Both the position numbers and the translations under genes were made by a program. Under the pieces are notes generated by a model. That model was not told where the DNA came from, searched no databases, and saw only the letters and a program-made list of their open reading frames with translations. Below, piece after piece: positions 38,147-56,487 of a stretch of 64,000 nt of DNA (position 1 is the stretch's first letter; the number at the start of each line of letters is the position of its first letter). Origin of the DNA: the human T2T-CHM13v2.0 reference genome, Homo sapiens; the NCBI RefSeq assembly GCF_009914755.1, contig NC_060927.1; one strand, 5' to 3'.

Positions 38147-39507
38147 GCACTTTACACATAGGGAATGCTACATACATTAAGTTAACAAACGAAAACACTC
38201 AGTATTTCCTAGACAATAACCCTTTATAAGCCTGATAATTCTAATATATTAATATATTTGGACTCTGAAAGTTGGAAATTGGAACATAGACATCGTGGTT
38301 TAAGCTGACACAGACCTATTTAATGTTAGTGTTTAAATGCTAAATAACAGTGACTGTTAAACGTGACAGAACAGCTTGTATTTCACTTTGTGATTGGGGT
38401 GCACTTTGATGCTTGTTTTATGAAAGGCTTTATAAGTTACAGTCAGAGGTTAACAGTAATCACATTTGTTTCCTCCTCTGGCTTTAATAAATGCTTTTAG
38501 GGCATTTCATTCTGTTAGGCAGTAGACAAAAATGTAATGCTCTGCTAAACTCTATAAAGTATGTGAAAATTTTAGTTCATAAAATATGTATGAAGAACAC
38601 AGTGTTACAATGATAATGTTACTTCCTGTCTAGGTTCTTCTGTCAAAGGAATTGGTGCATTAAGGTCTCTAGTCCTTGATTTCTTTTGACTGGAGTTACT
38701 CTTAGTTCATTTTATATCAGTTACTTCAATGAACTGTCTATTAGCATACATTTATAAATATATACAATAGTTATTTAGACCTATTTGTCATGGCTTTAAA
38801 TGATCAGTATTAGGAACTATTACACATAATATTCTTCTGTAGAAAGGTAATATTTAAAATGTTAATCCATGCATATGGAGATATCAAAGTTGTATGTATA
38901 TGAACAAAAAATAAGTCATTGTTTTGAACTAATACCATCATGATAAATGTGAATTTATATGGGATAGTTTCTTATATACACATTCTTTGTTAAGACCTTC
39001 ATTGTCTTTTAGGCAAATTTGAGCTGTACATTCTCCATAATGTATCCTTACTTTTTGATAAAAAACGTGAAACCCTAGCTTCTGTTTCTTCACTACTCAC
39101 TTGTTACAATATCTCCGCCGCAGACAGTTACACTATTAGATGGTGTCTTTAGAATTGTAAATATGCTAACCCATTTGAAAACATAGCAAAACTTAATTGA
39201 TATGGGTGTCACTAATTTAGAATTTGTGAAAAATAAGATAGGAACATGGATAATATTTTGATAAATTCTTCCTTCATAATAGGTATGTTTAATTTTAAAA
39301 TGCTTTTTAAAAAGTAAGTAAACAAAACTTTAAATTTGCTCTGAAACAGTAAAGGCAAGAGTAATAGCAGGAGCAGAAGAAAAACAAGTCTTCCTGACTG
39401 TGTAGTAAAGAAGAAACCTTACCCAAAGAAAGGTCTGGCTTTCGCCTTCAGCTCCCGAGAGATAATCTCTAGGTCCTTGGAATGTCCTGCCAGATAAGAG
39501 TATCTTG

Positions 39508-44725
<5,218 letters not shown>

Positions 44726-47344
44726 GTGTCTTTTTTTTTTTTTTTTTACCTGGGGTCCTTGGGCCACACAAGATAGTCTGATGATGTGATTTATAATGAG
44801 GACTTTGGGCCACATGGTGTCAGCTTGATCAGGAGATTAAAGGTCAGCCACATGGGCAGTGAACTATGTCCATGTGCAGAAGCCCTAATAAAAACTCAAA
44901 TAGACGCAAAGCTCAGATGAGCTTCCCTTGCTGTCAATACTCTATGTATATTGTCACACATCATTGTTGCAAAAAGTTAGGCTGTCCATGACTCCACTGG
45001 AAGAGGACAGTGGGAAGCTCTGAATAGGGAACTTTTATGGATTCGTCCCATGCTTTTCTTCTCATGATTGATTTTAACCTGTATTTTTTATCTGCAATAA
45101 ACTATAATGATCAGTATAACAACTTTCAGTGATTTCTGTGAATCTTTCTAACAAATTATCAAACCTAAAAATGGTCTTGAAGATCCTGAACCTGTAGTTG
45201 GTATCAGAATTGATGGTGGTCTTGGAACTTCCTTCTAACTTTGTTTTGGGAATTTATTAAAATGAGCCTTCCAGAGACCTAGAAAAAACAGCATTTTCCC
45301 ACTTTAAGGTTAATTTAAGATGGTAATTTATAATCTTTATATTTTCCTAAATCAGAATGGTTTGTAATTTAGTTTTAATTACTAATGTTTTCTGAATATT
45401 ATGGACTTTCATATTATAAATATACAATAGTTTATATAGTATTAAGGTAACATTTTTGATGCTACCACCATGTGCAAATTAGAATAGTGTAAGAATGTCT
45501 GATATTTATTTCACTTTAATTAGAAATTTTCAAAACTTTGTGTGATAGTTCACTCTTAAGACCTTCAGAGTCAAAGCCACATAGGGCTGTCCCCTCATAT
45601 AGATAGCGCAATGCATTATTTTATGGCAGTTGGCTAATGATATCTTCATCATATAAAAAAGAAATGTCAAGATATCATTTTAACTTTTTATATACATGTG
45701 CCCATTCCTTGCTCTTGGTTATTGATCAAATTTATTTTTAAACTGAGACTTAAAGGAAAATATGCTGACATTTGGGCTTGGTGTCTGCCACCATGGCTTT
45801 GTAGTACCTGATAATTACTTAAGCTTTCTTACCATCAAATTCTCCAAAAGCTGGACAATTTGTTTATGGACAATCCCTGATCTCACACCTATTGTATAAT
45901 CTACCTCTGTATTCACATCGCCGCTTTTTCCATAATTGTATGTATCCATATAATTGCATGATAAACTCATAGTTGTCTGCCATTGAGATGAAAAGAAAAG
46001 ATCATCAGAGCAATTGGGTCAGAGTAATTTGATGAAGAATGTACTATTTCTGAAATGTTTGGAGGCTTAAAGAAGAATTTTTTATAAGTCGTTAGCTATA
46101 TTTTTAAGGCAATTTCTCTGAGAAACAGGGAAGCCTGAGAAAAGGAAATGCCAGTAAGGGACAAATTATTTAACAGGGATCCTTTGTAGGTGACCACGTT
46201 CTTATTCAGAATCAGTGATTTGTTGTATTTCAAGACCCAGGCTTTGGGGTATTAAAGAGGACAGTTGATTTCGTTATTATTATTTTTTCAGTCTTGCTAC
46301 AGGGAAGGACCTTGTATTAAGATGTGAGGGATCTTGATATCTTAATAACTTAGAAGATTTGTTTTGAACTTCCTTTCCCCAGTACATTCAAGTGATGTAG
46401 CAGGTACATGGTTTAGGAAATTGGAATTGAAATGGGCATGTGTGTGCACATGCATATACGTGCACATAGTTAAAAAGACTTTGAAAGATTATAAGTTAAA
46501 GATTTGTTGTAGGGAGAAAAAAGTCAATAAGAATTTTATCAGGAAAAATGGAAACACTAGAAATCTGTATGATGTACATATTAGTCATTATTGGTTAATT
46601 ATATTAAATTAAAAGTTATGTTTACCATAAAGAAAACAATAAAAATATAGTTTGGAGTAGATTATTCAATTATTGTTCACATACATTGGTATCAGTCAAA
46701 GGAGAAAGACATTTTGTTGTTTTACTCAGCTGTGAATGAGAATTTTGAAAACTGTATGGATCATTTTAATTTCAGGCAATGCAAATGATACACATGGATA
46801 ATGGCCTAAATCAGATCTGGAAATGTTAGGATATGCTTACTTATTCAAAATTTGGTTTTGGTTAACTTTATAATGAAGGCTGAATTTACTGAGTAAATTA
46901 AAAATAATCATGGAGCATTGGAGAGGATTATCTAAGCAAATAGGAGACTGCTCTTTTCCAACAGAGGAATGGGAAGATCAAGAATTATGAGTTAAAGAAA
47001 GTTGTTCTTTCTTTTCCATGGCTTAGGTCAGGCTGACAATTTTTTTTTATTATTATAAATGGTCAATGCTCCCAATCACAGTTATAAGCATACCTTATCA
47101 CAAAATGACTATAATTCAGATTGAGTTATTTATTCCATTTTCATGAGGGAGGCAGGGGAAGAAAAAATATAAAGTGACATAAGTAACACAGCCTGACACA
47201 GCAAATGGTAATGGAATAAGTGCTATAGCTAAAGTACTCCTTTTTGTGTGGATTCTTTTAAAAAGTTTTATTAAAATCTTCATGAATAGAAATTAATAAT
47301 TAAACTACTAGTATTTTCCCCTAACTTAACTAGTTAGCCTGCAA

Positions 47345-47680
47345 TGTAGTTCTGGCATTATTTACCTGCAGTTAGCATAGACTCCACAGGTTTTGGGAAC
47401 TGTCCTCCACAAGACTCCTCTTTCTTCAGACACCTACCGCAAGTGCCAAGGATCTGTAGGCCACACGCAATTGTGACTAACTAGCTACAAACTCAGAGGT
47501 CTCCACTACCCCCTTAGATTGAATAATTCACTAAAATGACTCACGTGACTCAGGAAAGTGCTATACTTATAATCACAGTTTTATTATAAAAAGGATATGA
47601 ATCAGGACCAGCCAAGTGAAGAGACACAGAAGGTGAGGTCTTGGAGAATCCCAAAGGAGAAGTTTTTGATGTCCTTGCAT
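47345..47680 (-). mobile_element. MER21-family LTR fragment
   Basis: cctccacaagact..cttcagacacc; aatgactcac..ctcaggaaagtgctatactta..gttttattataaa. Confidence 0.65.
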
Positions 47681-47806
47681 GAATCTAGGACAAATGCCAG
47701 GCAAGTTCTTTATTATGCAACATTCCCTAATATTTTGTTTTCTGGCTGTATTGGTTTTTATAAGAAAACTTATTTTTCTAGGTACACATATGCTACATGT
47801 ATCTTC

Positions 47807-48115
<309 letters not shown>

Positions 48116-48282
48116 TCTTCGTTTCTTTTTAAAACTTTCTTTCTCATACTGCGATCAATATAACCAAGAAACCAAAGTAGTAATCTTGTCTCAAATAATT
48201 CCTACCTGAATTTTCCATCCTGGTGGAATCCTTATTATTATTATTTTTGCTACTTTCCAGTTTTTGATCATTTGTATTCCAT

Positions 48283-50713
48283 CTGATATAGTTTGGATAT
48301 ATGTCTCCACCCAAATCTCATGGGGAAACATAGTCCTCAATGTTGGAGTTGTGGCCTGGTGGGAAATGTTTGGGTCATGAGGACTGATACCTCATGGCTT
48401 GGAGCTAACTTTGTGATATTGAGTGAGTTCTCATGAGATCCGGTCATTTAAAAGTGTTTGGCCCCTCTTTCCCCACTCTCATTTTCTCCTGCTTTAGCCA
48501 TATATGGTGTTCCTGCTTCCCCTTTGCCTTCCACCCTGATTGTAAACTTCCTGAAGCCTCCCTAGAAACAGAACAGATGCTAGCCCCAAGCTTCCTGAAA
48601 AGCCTGCAGAACCATGAGCCAATTAAACCTTTTATTTTAACAAATTACCCAGTCTCAGTTACTTCTTTATAGAAGCACAAGAATGGCCTAATGCAGAAAA
48701 TTGGTACTGAGGAGTGGGGCAAAAAGATACCTGAAGATGTGGAAATTACTTTGGACCTAGGTAACAGACAGAGTTTGGAAGAGTTTGGAGGGCACAGAAG
48801 ACAGGAAGATGAGGGAAATTTTGGAATTTCTTCGAGAGTGTTTAGATGGTTGTTACAAAAATGCTGATAGTGATGTGGACAAGGAAGCCCGGACTGACAA
48901 GGCCTCAGTTTGAAACATGGAACTTTCTGGAAACTGAAGCAAAAGTCACACATGTTATGCCTTAGCAAAGAATTTGGCTGCATTCTGTTCAAGCCCTAGA
49001 GATCTATTGAAGTTTGAGCTTCAAAGTGAAGATTTAGGGTATCTGGTGGGAGAAATTTCTAAGCAGCAAAGTGTTTAAGAAGAGGTGTGACTGCTTTTAA
49101 TAGCCTACCTCAGATGCAGGAGCAAAGAAAGAAGTTAGAACTTATATTTAAAAAGAAAGAAAAGTGTAAAAGTTTGAAAATTTTGCAACTGTTAAGTGGC
49201 AGAGACGGAAAAAGCTTTTTTTGGGAGAGGAATTCGGTGAAGCTGTGGAGAAACTACTTGCTAGAGAAATTAGCATAAATAGAAGGGATCCAAGTGCTGA
49301 CAACCAAGACAATGGGGAAAAGGCCTCGAATGGCCCTCCCATCACAGGCCCAGTGGACTAGGAGGGCAAAATGGTTTCCAGGACCAGGGCCTCACACACA
49401 TGCACAGCCTCAAAACAATGCTCCCAGAATCCTGGCTGCTCCAGCTCCAGCTTTGGCTCAAAGCAGCCTAGGTACAGCTCAGTCTGCCCCTTTAGAGGAT
49501 GCAAGCCATAAGTTTGGTGTCTTCCATATGCTATTGAGCCTGTAGGTGTGAAGAATGCAAACGTGAAGAATGCTTGACAGCCTCCATCTAGATTTCAAAG
49601 GATGTATGAGAAAGCCTGGGTGCCCAGGCAGAAGCTTGCTGCAAGGGCAGAGCCCTCACAGAGAACCTCTACTAGGGCAGTGCCAAGAGGAAATGTGGGG
49701 TCAGAGACCCCACAAAGAGTCCCCACTGGGACACTGACTAGTGCCCTCTAGCTCCCAAAATTGTAGATCCACTGGCAGCTTACACCCTGCATCTGGAAAG
49801 CCACAGGGACTCAACAACCAGTGAGAGCAACTGTGAGGGCTGAACCCTGCAAAGCCACAGGGGTAGAGCTGCCCAAGGCTTTGGGAGCTGACCTCTTGCA
49901 CCAGTATGGCCTAGATGTGGGATGTGGAGTCAAAGGAGATTATTTTGGAGCTTTAAGATGTAATGACTGCCCTGCTGGGTTTTGAACTTGCATGGGGCCT
50001 GTAGCCTTTCTTTTGGTTGATTTCTCCCTTTGGGAGCGGGAATGTTTACCTATTGTATTTTTTTAAAAATTTACCCCTTGTACCCCTTGTATCTTGGAAG
50101 TAAATAACTTGTTTGATTTTACAGGCTTATGGAAGGAAGGGACTTGCCTTTCTTTATCTCAGATGAAACTTTGGACTTTGAACTTTTGAGTTAATGCTGG
50201 AGTGAGTTAAGATTTGGAGGACTATTGGGAAGGCATGATTGTATTTTGCAATCAATGGGAGAAGGACATGAGATTTGGGAGAAGCTAAGGGCAAAATGAT
50301 ATAGGTTGGATGTATGTCCCTGACCAAATCTCACGTTGAAATGTAATCTCCAATGTTGGAGGTTGAGCCTAGTGGAAGGTGTTTGGGTCATTGGGTCATG
50401 GAGGTGGATTCCTCATGGCTTGGTGCTGTCCTTGCAATAGTCAGTGAGTTCCCATGAGATCTTGTCATTTAAAAGTGTATGGTACCTCCTCCCCACTGTC
50501 TCAATTTTTCCTGTTTTTGCCATCTGATGTGCCTGCTTCCCCTCCATTTTCTACTATGATCATAACATTTCTGAGATTTCCTTGGAAGCAGAGCAGATGC
50601 CAGGACCATGCTTCCTGAAAATCCTGCAGAACCATGAGCCAATTAAACCACTTTTCTTGTAATTACCCAGTCTCAGATATTTCCTTATAGCAGTGCAAGA
50701 ACAGTCTAACATA
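48283..50713 (+). mobile_element. Complete MST (MSTA/B) MaLR: LTR 48283-48695, internal region, LTR 50297-50713
   Basis: Two paralogous LTRs (tgatata..ttggat...ccaaatctca; gaaccatgagccaattaaacc) flanking MST-int (gaaaattggtactgaggagtgggg). Confidence 0.9.
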
Positions 50714-51581
50714 ACACCCCATAGTATTTTTTTTTTTTTGATGAGGTAACTGAACTCAGCTCCTGAGATAGTATGCTCAAGTCAGGCTTACTTAGATTTG
50801 GTCTGCCCAGTCTCCTGAGAAGCTGTGGTGAGGGCACAAATGTGTCTGTGTCATGGTGGAGGGGAGAGTCAAGACAGAGGCAGACTTTGTTTTGCTCTAT
50901 TGCTCTATTTAATGAGAGCAATCTTCTCTTGGCTGAATGTTGATTTTTTTCAAGCCCTTTGAATATGATTGATTCTTGAAGAAAGGAAACAACTAACAGG
51001 AAACTTTTAAAACTGATCATGATTCTTTGAAAATATATTTTTTTAAACTATACCTATGATCTATGGAAGAAAATGTCTTTCACAAAGTGAATTTGTTATA
51101 AAGCTCCATTATTCAAGGTCCAATAGTAACCTTCTACTTACAGCATTAAACCTCAACTTTTAAATCTATTATTGGAGGTCTAAATCAAGGTTTTACTGTC
51201 TTTGTTTTCTGATTATAGTATATAATAATAACTTTTAATCTAAGTGCACATAGACACACACATATGGCATTATTTATTGAACACCTACTGTGAGCACACA
51301 TTGTGCCAAATACTGCAGAAAGTAGAAAAAATGAAAAATATTCACAAGAAAGAGGTTGAATTAAAGGAAAACTAATATCATACATTAAAAAAATGGAAAA
51401 GATTAGGTGCTGGATGAATATGAAATTAGTGGCCATAGGTTTCCAAATAAAAACTTTTTGTTGTGTAACGTTTTTCAATTCCATCCTAGTAATGTTGTCA
51501 ATGGCAATACCATTGCCTTGGCCAATTGTCCAGAGAGTAGTCTGGGGGGGAGAAAAAGTGACATAGATGATAACAGAGTGT

Positions 51582-51806
51582 TTGGCCATATACTTGCCAT
51601 ATATATATATATATATATATATATGCCATATATATACTTGCCATATATATATATATGGCCATATATACTTGCCATATATATATATATGCCATATATATAT
51701 ACTATGCCATATATATGCCATATATATGTATATATGCATATATATACTATGCCATATATACTTGCCATATATATATATATATATATATATATGGCCATAT
51801 ACTTGC

Positions 51807-51850
<44 letters not shown>

Positions 51851-51878
51851 CATATAATTGCCATATATATATATATGG
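51582..51878. repeat. (TA)n-based low-complexity array punctuated by gccat / acttgccat units
   Basis: Direct reading; source of the Y/I-rich ORFs. Confidence 0.95.
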
Positions 51879-51979
51879 TGACCTGTGCAAAAATGTGTGC
51901 ATGTTATCTTAATTTTAGTGGCATTGGACAATGTTAACGTTGTATTTCAATTAGAATATGCACAAAGTATATATAGGTA

Positions 51980-52360
51980 ATATAATAGGCTGTTCTCATG
52001 TTGCTATAAAGAAATATCCGAGACTGGGTAATTTGTAAAGGAAAGAGGTTTAATTAGCTCATGGTTCTGCAGGCATCTGCTTGGCACCAGCACCTGCTTG
52101 TCTTCTGGTGAGGCCTCAGGAAGCTTTAACTTATGGAAGAAGAAAAAGGGGGAGCCAGTATCTCACATGGCAAGAACAAGAGCAAGAGAGAGTGAGGGGA
52201 GGTGCCACACACTTTAAACAACTAGATTACAAATGCAAGGATAGCACTAAGCCATGAGGGAACTGACCTTATGACCCAAACACCTCCCACCAGGCCCCAC
52301 CTTCAACATTGGTGATTATATCAAAACATGAGATTTGGAGAGGATGTCTAAAAGATATCA
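51980..52360 (-). mobile_element. MSTA-like solo LTR
   Basis: gttgctataaagaaata.ccgagactgggtaattt...cctcccaccaggccccacc...catgagatttgg..atatca. Confidence 0.85.
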
Positions 52361-53199
52361 GCTAAGATAAGAAATGTATTTTGTTTTTAAAGGTAATTTT
52401 TAAAGAATGAGTAGAATATTTAAAAGAAGCTAAATAAACACATTTTACCTTTTAAAAAAATATTTCAGATATTTTTTCAAGAAAAATAGAGTCTTTTAGG
52501 CTTCTTCTAAAAGATTGTTATCTTGTTTATTGTTCTAATAGCATTCTTGATTGATAGTATAAGCTTTCTAGTTGAATATAAAGCAGAAGCCTCACTGAAT
52601 GGACGTGGTAATTGGATTTTATTTAAACATATTTAATGTATTGATATTTTATGGTAAATGAGCAATTTATAAATAAAATGAACTGAGGCTTATGTATTTC
52701 TTTTTATATTTGAGGAAATATATTTATTTTATTCATATTATCTATAATAAAATTAATAGTTTCCTGAAACTAAACTTTCCCTCTGATGTATTTCCTGACA
52801 TCCTGTCAAATGGTTAAAAGAGTAGTTATTGTGTTAATTACAGATGAATGAATGTGCTGTACCACTTTAGGTTACCCAAATCACCTGCAAGGGTCTTTTA
52901 TTAAAATAGAGAAAAAATACACATTTGGATTAAGTGAAGAGTTGTTTCTTCAACCCTTGGTTAAGAATCACCTGTCAAATCAGCCTCTTTTTGTCCTTTC
53001 TTTATTCCTATATTTTATTTCTTTATTGAGCTCCTACTTTATGGATGGTGCTGTTTTACTTGTTGTGAGGTACAGAAAAAAATATAAAATTCTAGTCCCT
53101 GTTTACAGCGATTTTCTTCCTACTCCCTTGGAATGTTCCCTAACAGAGTGCGTAGCTGTGTGTATCAATTTCTTCCTACAAAGTCTAACCCTTTTTGTA

Positions 53200-54320
53200 C
53201 TAAGTTCTCCTCCATGAATTTTCAGCTTAACCCCATTAATTTGCATATATCCTTATTTAGGATTATTTCTTTTTAGCATTCCCCAATTTCTTAACTCCTC
53301 TTCCCTTACTAGGGCTTCTTCAACTTCCAATCTCTATGTCTAACTTCTCCTTAGAACTTTAAAATTCCATAGTAAACTGCCTATGTGACACATTCACTTT
53401 TATCCAAATTCAATGTGTTCACTGCAAAGTCTCCAACAATCTTGCTAGAGTGATCCCTGTCTCAGTAAAGAGTATCCTCGGCTACCCCTTATCCTTAGCT
53501 CTATATTCAATCCACATCAAAACATAAATATTTTACCTCCTAAATATCTCTTCAGTTTTTCTGTTTATCTCTAGTTTTATAAGCACCATCCTGTTCCAAA
53601 CTATAATTGTCAAGTGAATGATCTTATATATGCATTGTGGCTGCTAAGCATTCTGCCTATATCTAGTTTTTCCATCCTCTACTTTATTGTGTAGTCTGTG
53701 TAATCATTTGTATGCATAAACGGCTTAAACAGTTTTATTTCTTCCAAATGCTCTTTCTTCAAAGTCCCCAAACCCTAACATATTCTAGAAGGGCCTATGA
53801 TTTGGATGTTGCCTACCTCTCCTACCTCGTCCAATGCCACACTTGCCTTTGGTGCCATAAATAGAGTAGTCTCCTTTTATCCATGGGAATATGTTCCAAG
53901 ACTTCCAGTGGATGCCTGAACCCGCAGATAGTAAAAAACTCTCTATACATTGTTTTTCTTCTATATGTACATACCTATGTTAAAGTTTAATTTATAAATT
54001 AGGCACAAGAAGAGATTAACAACAATAATAAAATAGAACAATTATAACAATATAGTATAGTAAAAGTTATGTGAATGTGTATGTATATGTGTATGTGTAT
54101 GTGTATGTGTATGTGTCTCTTTCTCTCAAATGTTCTCTTTTATATGTTCTCATGGCACTTTGTAATCTCCCTTCAGACTTCTTACCCAGCTTGTGATTGC
54201 ACATTATCTGTGTGATGTGTGTTGGCTTTATTTCTCTGTCTGGTACTAGACACAAGATTCCTAAGGACAGGGATTCTCTAATTGACTCATTATTTTATCT
54301 ATAGTTATAGATGAATGTTT
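53200..54320 (+). mobile_element. L2 remnant interrupted by MER44
   Basis: ttccaatctctatgtctaac, ttttacctcctaaatatctct, gattcctaaggacagggat. Confidence 0.55.
53863..54150 (+). mobile_element. MER44/Tigger7 DNA transposon fragment with a (GTGTAT)n microsatellite
   Basis: gtagtctccttttatcc..gttccaagac..cagtggatgcctgaa; aaagtttaatttataaattaggcac. Confidence 0.85.
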
Positions 54321-54559
54321 TTTATGTGTAGAAAGAAAATACCCCTTTTCCTTTCTAATCCAGAGTTTACTTTTCTTGTTCCATCACAGATTTTTTCATG
54401 AATGGTTCAGTATACGCTAGATATTTGGGCAATTGTTATTTTTCCTTTCCTCTTATCCTTTTATGGGATTTTTATGAAGCACACTATTTAGACAGAGGTT
54501 GCAGATCACACAGCATGGATTTTTTTTGTTGTTGGTTTTAATTATGAATAATCTCATAC

Positions 54560-55560
54560 TGATGCAGGATATTTTCTTGATCCCTCTGTGGGACTCACAA
54601 CAGGAATGCCTTGTTTACTCAGCCTGCCCTGCTCGACCCCATGTGGGAAGGAGTGTGTGAGTCAACAAGTGTGGGAACCAGTGCAAGCAAGTGTAGGTGT
54701 GGCCAGTGGCCTGGCAAGAGCACACTCCATTCACTCCAGTCTGCCAGGCTCCACCCCTTGCAGGAGGTAGCCCACAAATGAAGGAGTGCAGGAACCAGCC
54801 AGCCACTTCAGCGCCTGTGGGAGTAAACTCTACCAACAGGAGAAAACTCCATGCAGTCTTGGCAGCTGTGTTACAATACTCTCTTATCTCCACCATCTGC
54901 AGACTGTAGTGTGTTATCAGCTCAGTGGGCCCTTTGCCTCATTTCATGGGGTGGCTGCCCTCTGCCAGTGAGGGCAAAGCACCAGTGTGACAGCCTTTTT
55001 CAAAACCGGCACATGGTGCATCCTGAATTCTTGTCTGGTGCCCAGAGGAATGAGGTCAAACAGATTAATTGAAGGATGGTGAATGTGGAGAATTTTATTG
55101 AGTGATGAAAGTGGCTCTCAGCAGAGAGGGGAGCTGGAAAGGGGATGGGAAGGAAAGGTCACTATCCCCTAAAGTCAAGCCACCTCTCTGCCTCTCTCTT
55201 CTGAAGTCAAGTTGCTTCATCTAGCCACTCTCTCAAAGTCACTTCTCCCTGGCATCCAGCAGCTTCTTCCTGTTGTCCAACTGTTTCTTCCCAATGTCCA
55301 GCTGCTTCCTCTCTGCTGGCTGAGTCTGGGGCCTTTATAGGCACAGGATGGGGGTGGGGCAGGCTGTACATAGTTTTGGGAAAGGCAACATTTGATTGGT
55401 AAAAATACATTATTCATAAAGAACCAATCAGGAGAGAATGGGCACACAGGGATGAAAGTTCTCACTTTGGGCCACAGGTTTCAGCTTTTCGGCTCAAAGG
55501 TGGGGTTTTGTCAGGGACTTGCCCCTGTTTGCCTAGAGTTTCTCTACCCCCTATCTATCA
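54560..55560 (-). mobile_element. ERV1 solo LTR (LTR27/LTR28/MER52 group), 1001 bp
   Basis: TG...CA ends; perfect 4-bp TSD ATAC (54556-54559 / 55561-55564); minus-strand TATA (cctataaag) and AATAAA. Confidence 0.85.
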
Positions 55561-55774
55561 ATACCATGGATCTGATGTACCGCAAGGCAACCATCTAGCA
55601 TTCATGCCACGTACAAAGGATCTCAAAGTCACCAATGAGCAATATTACACAGATGGCATGACATCTTCACTGTGCTGTTAATCAACAGAATTCTGTGGCC
55701 CTTTTAAATAAAACTCTTTATGATGGGTGTCATTGTTCTATGTTTCCCTCTTGCTCTGGCAGAGGAACCAAAAC

Positions 55775-56487
55775 TAAAACTGCCTTTGCAAAAATTGTAA
55801 CTGAGAAAATTATGATACTGAGAGAAATCTGACATGGCTGACTCCATCTTGTCTCTAGCCTTACAGCTTGGCTATCTTTGCTCATCCCTGTGTGTGGACC
55901 AAACTACTTTGGGAGAAATTTAATTTATAGTTTAAATGATAATAGCCCTTCCCCCAAACTAAACTGTTCTTGTAAAGTTAATGAAAGGCCACCAAGTTAG
56001 GATGAGAGGGTTTTGAATTCTAAATAATTACCAGCCATTGTTCGAGAGGCCATAAGATTTGCAACTTCCCCAATTACCCTTGAACACAACATCATAATTA
56101 TAGAACCTAAATTGGTCTTTTGAGATGTCTTTTCAGGTTTTTGCATTTTTGACAACTGGACGGCCTCATTTAGATCTGCCAACCAGTTCTGTCCCCTACC
56201 TCCCACCAGGAACAGACTCAATATAAGGGGACAGTTTTGATTCCCTATGATTTAATCTCCAACCCAATCAACGAGCATGCCCCCTATCCTTCCCCCCTAC
56301 CCACCAAACTATCTTTGAAAAACCCCTAACTTCCACGCCTTCAGAGACACTGATTTGAGTAATAATAAAGCTTTTGTCTCACATACAGTTGGCTTTGCAT
56401 GAATGAAACTCTTTATTGCAATTCCTCTATCTTGATAAATCAGCTCTGTCTAGACAGCAGGCAAAGAGAACCCATTGGGCGGTTACA
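55775..56487 (+). mobile_element. LTR8-family LTR (LTR8A/B-like)
   Basis: aaactgcctttgcaaaa...tgatttgagtaataataaa...cccattgggcggttaca. Confidence 0.85.

Noticed and set aside
51185-51937. 248-aa and other YI-rich ORFs
   Set aside because: Derived from the (TA)n low-complexity array.
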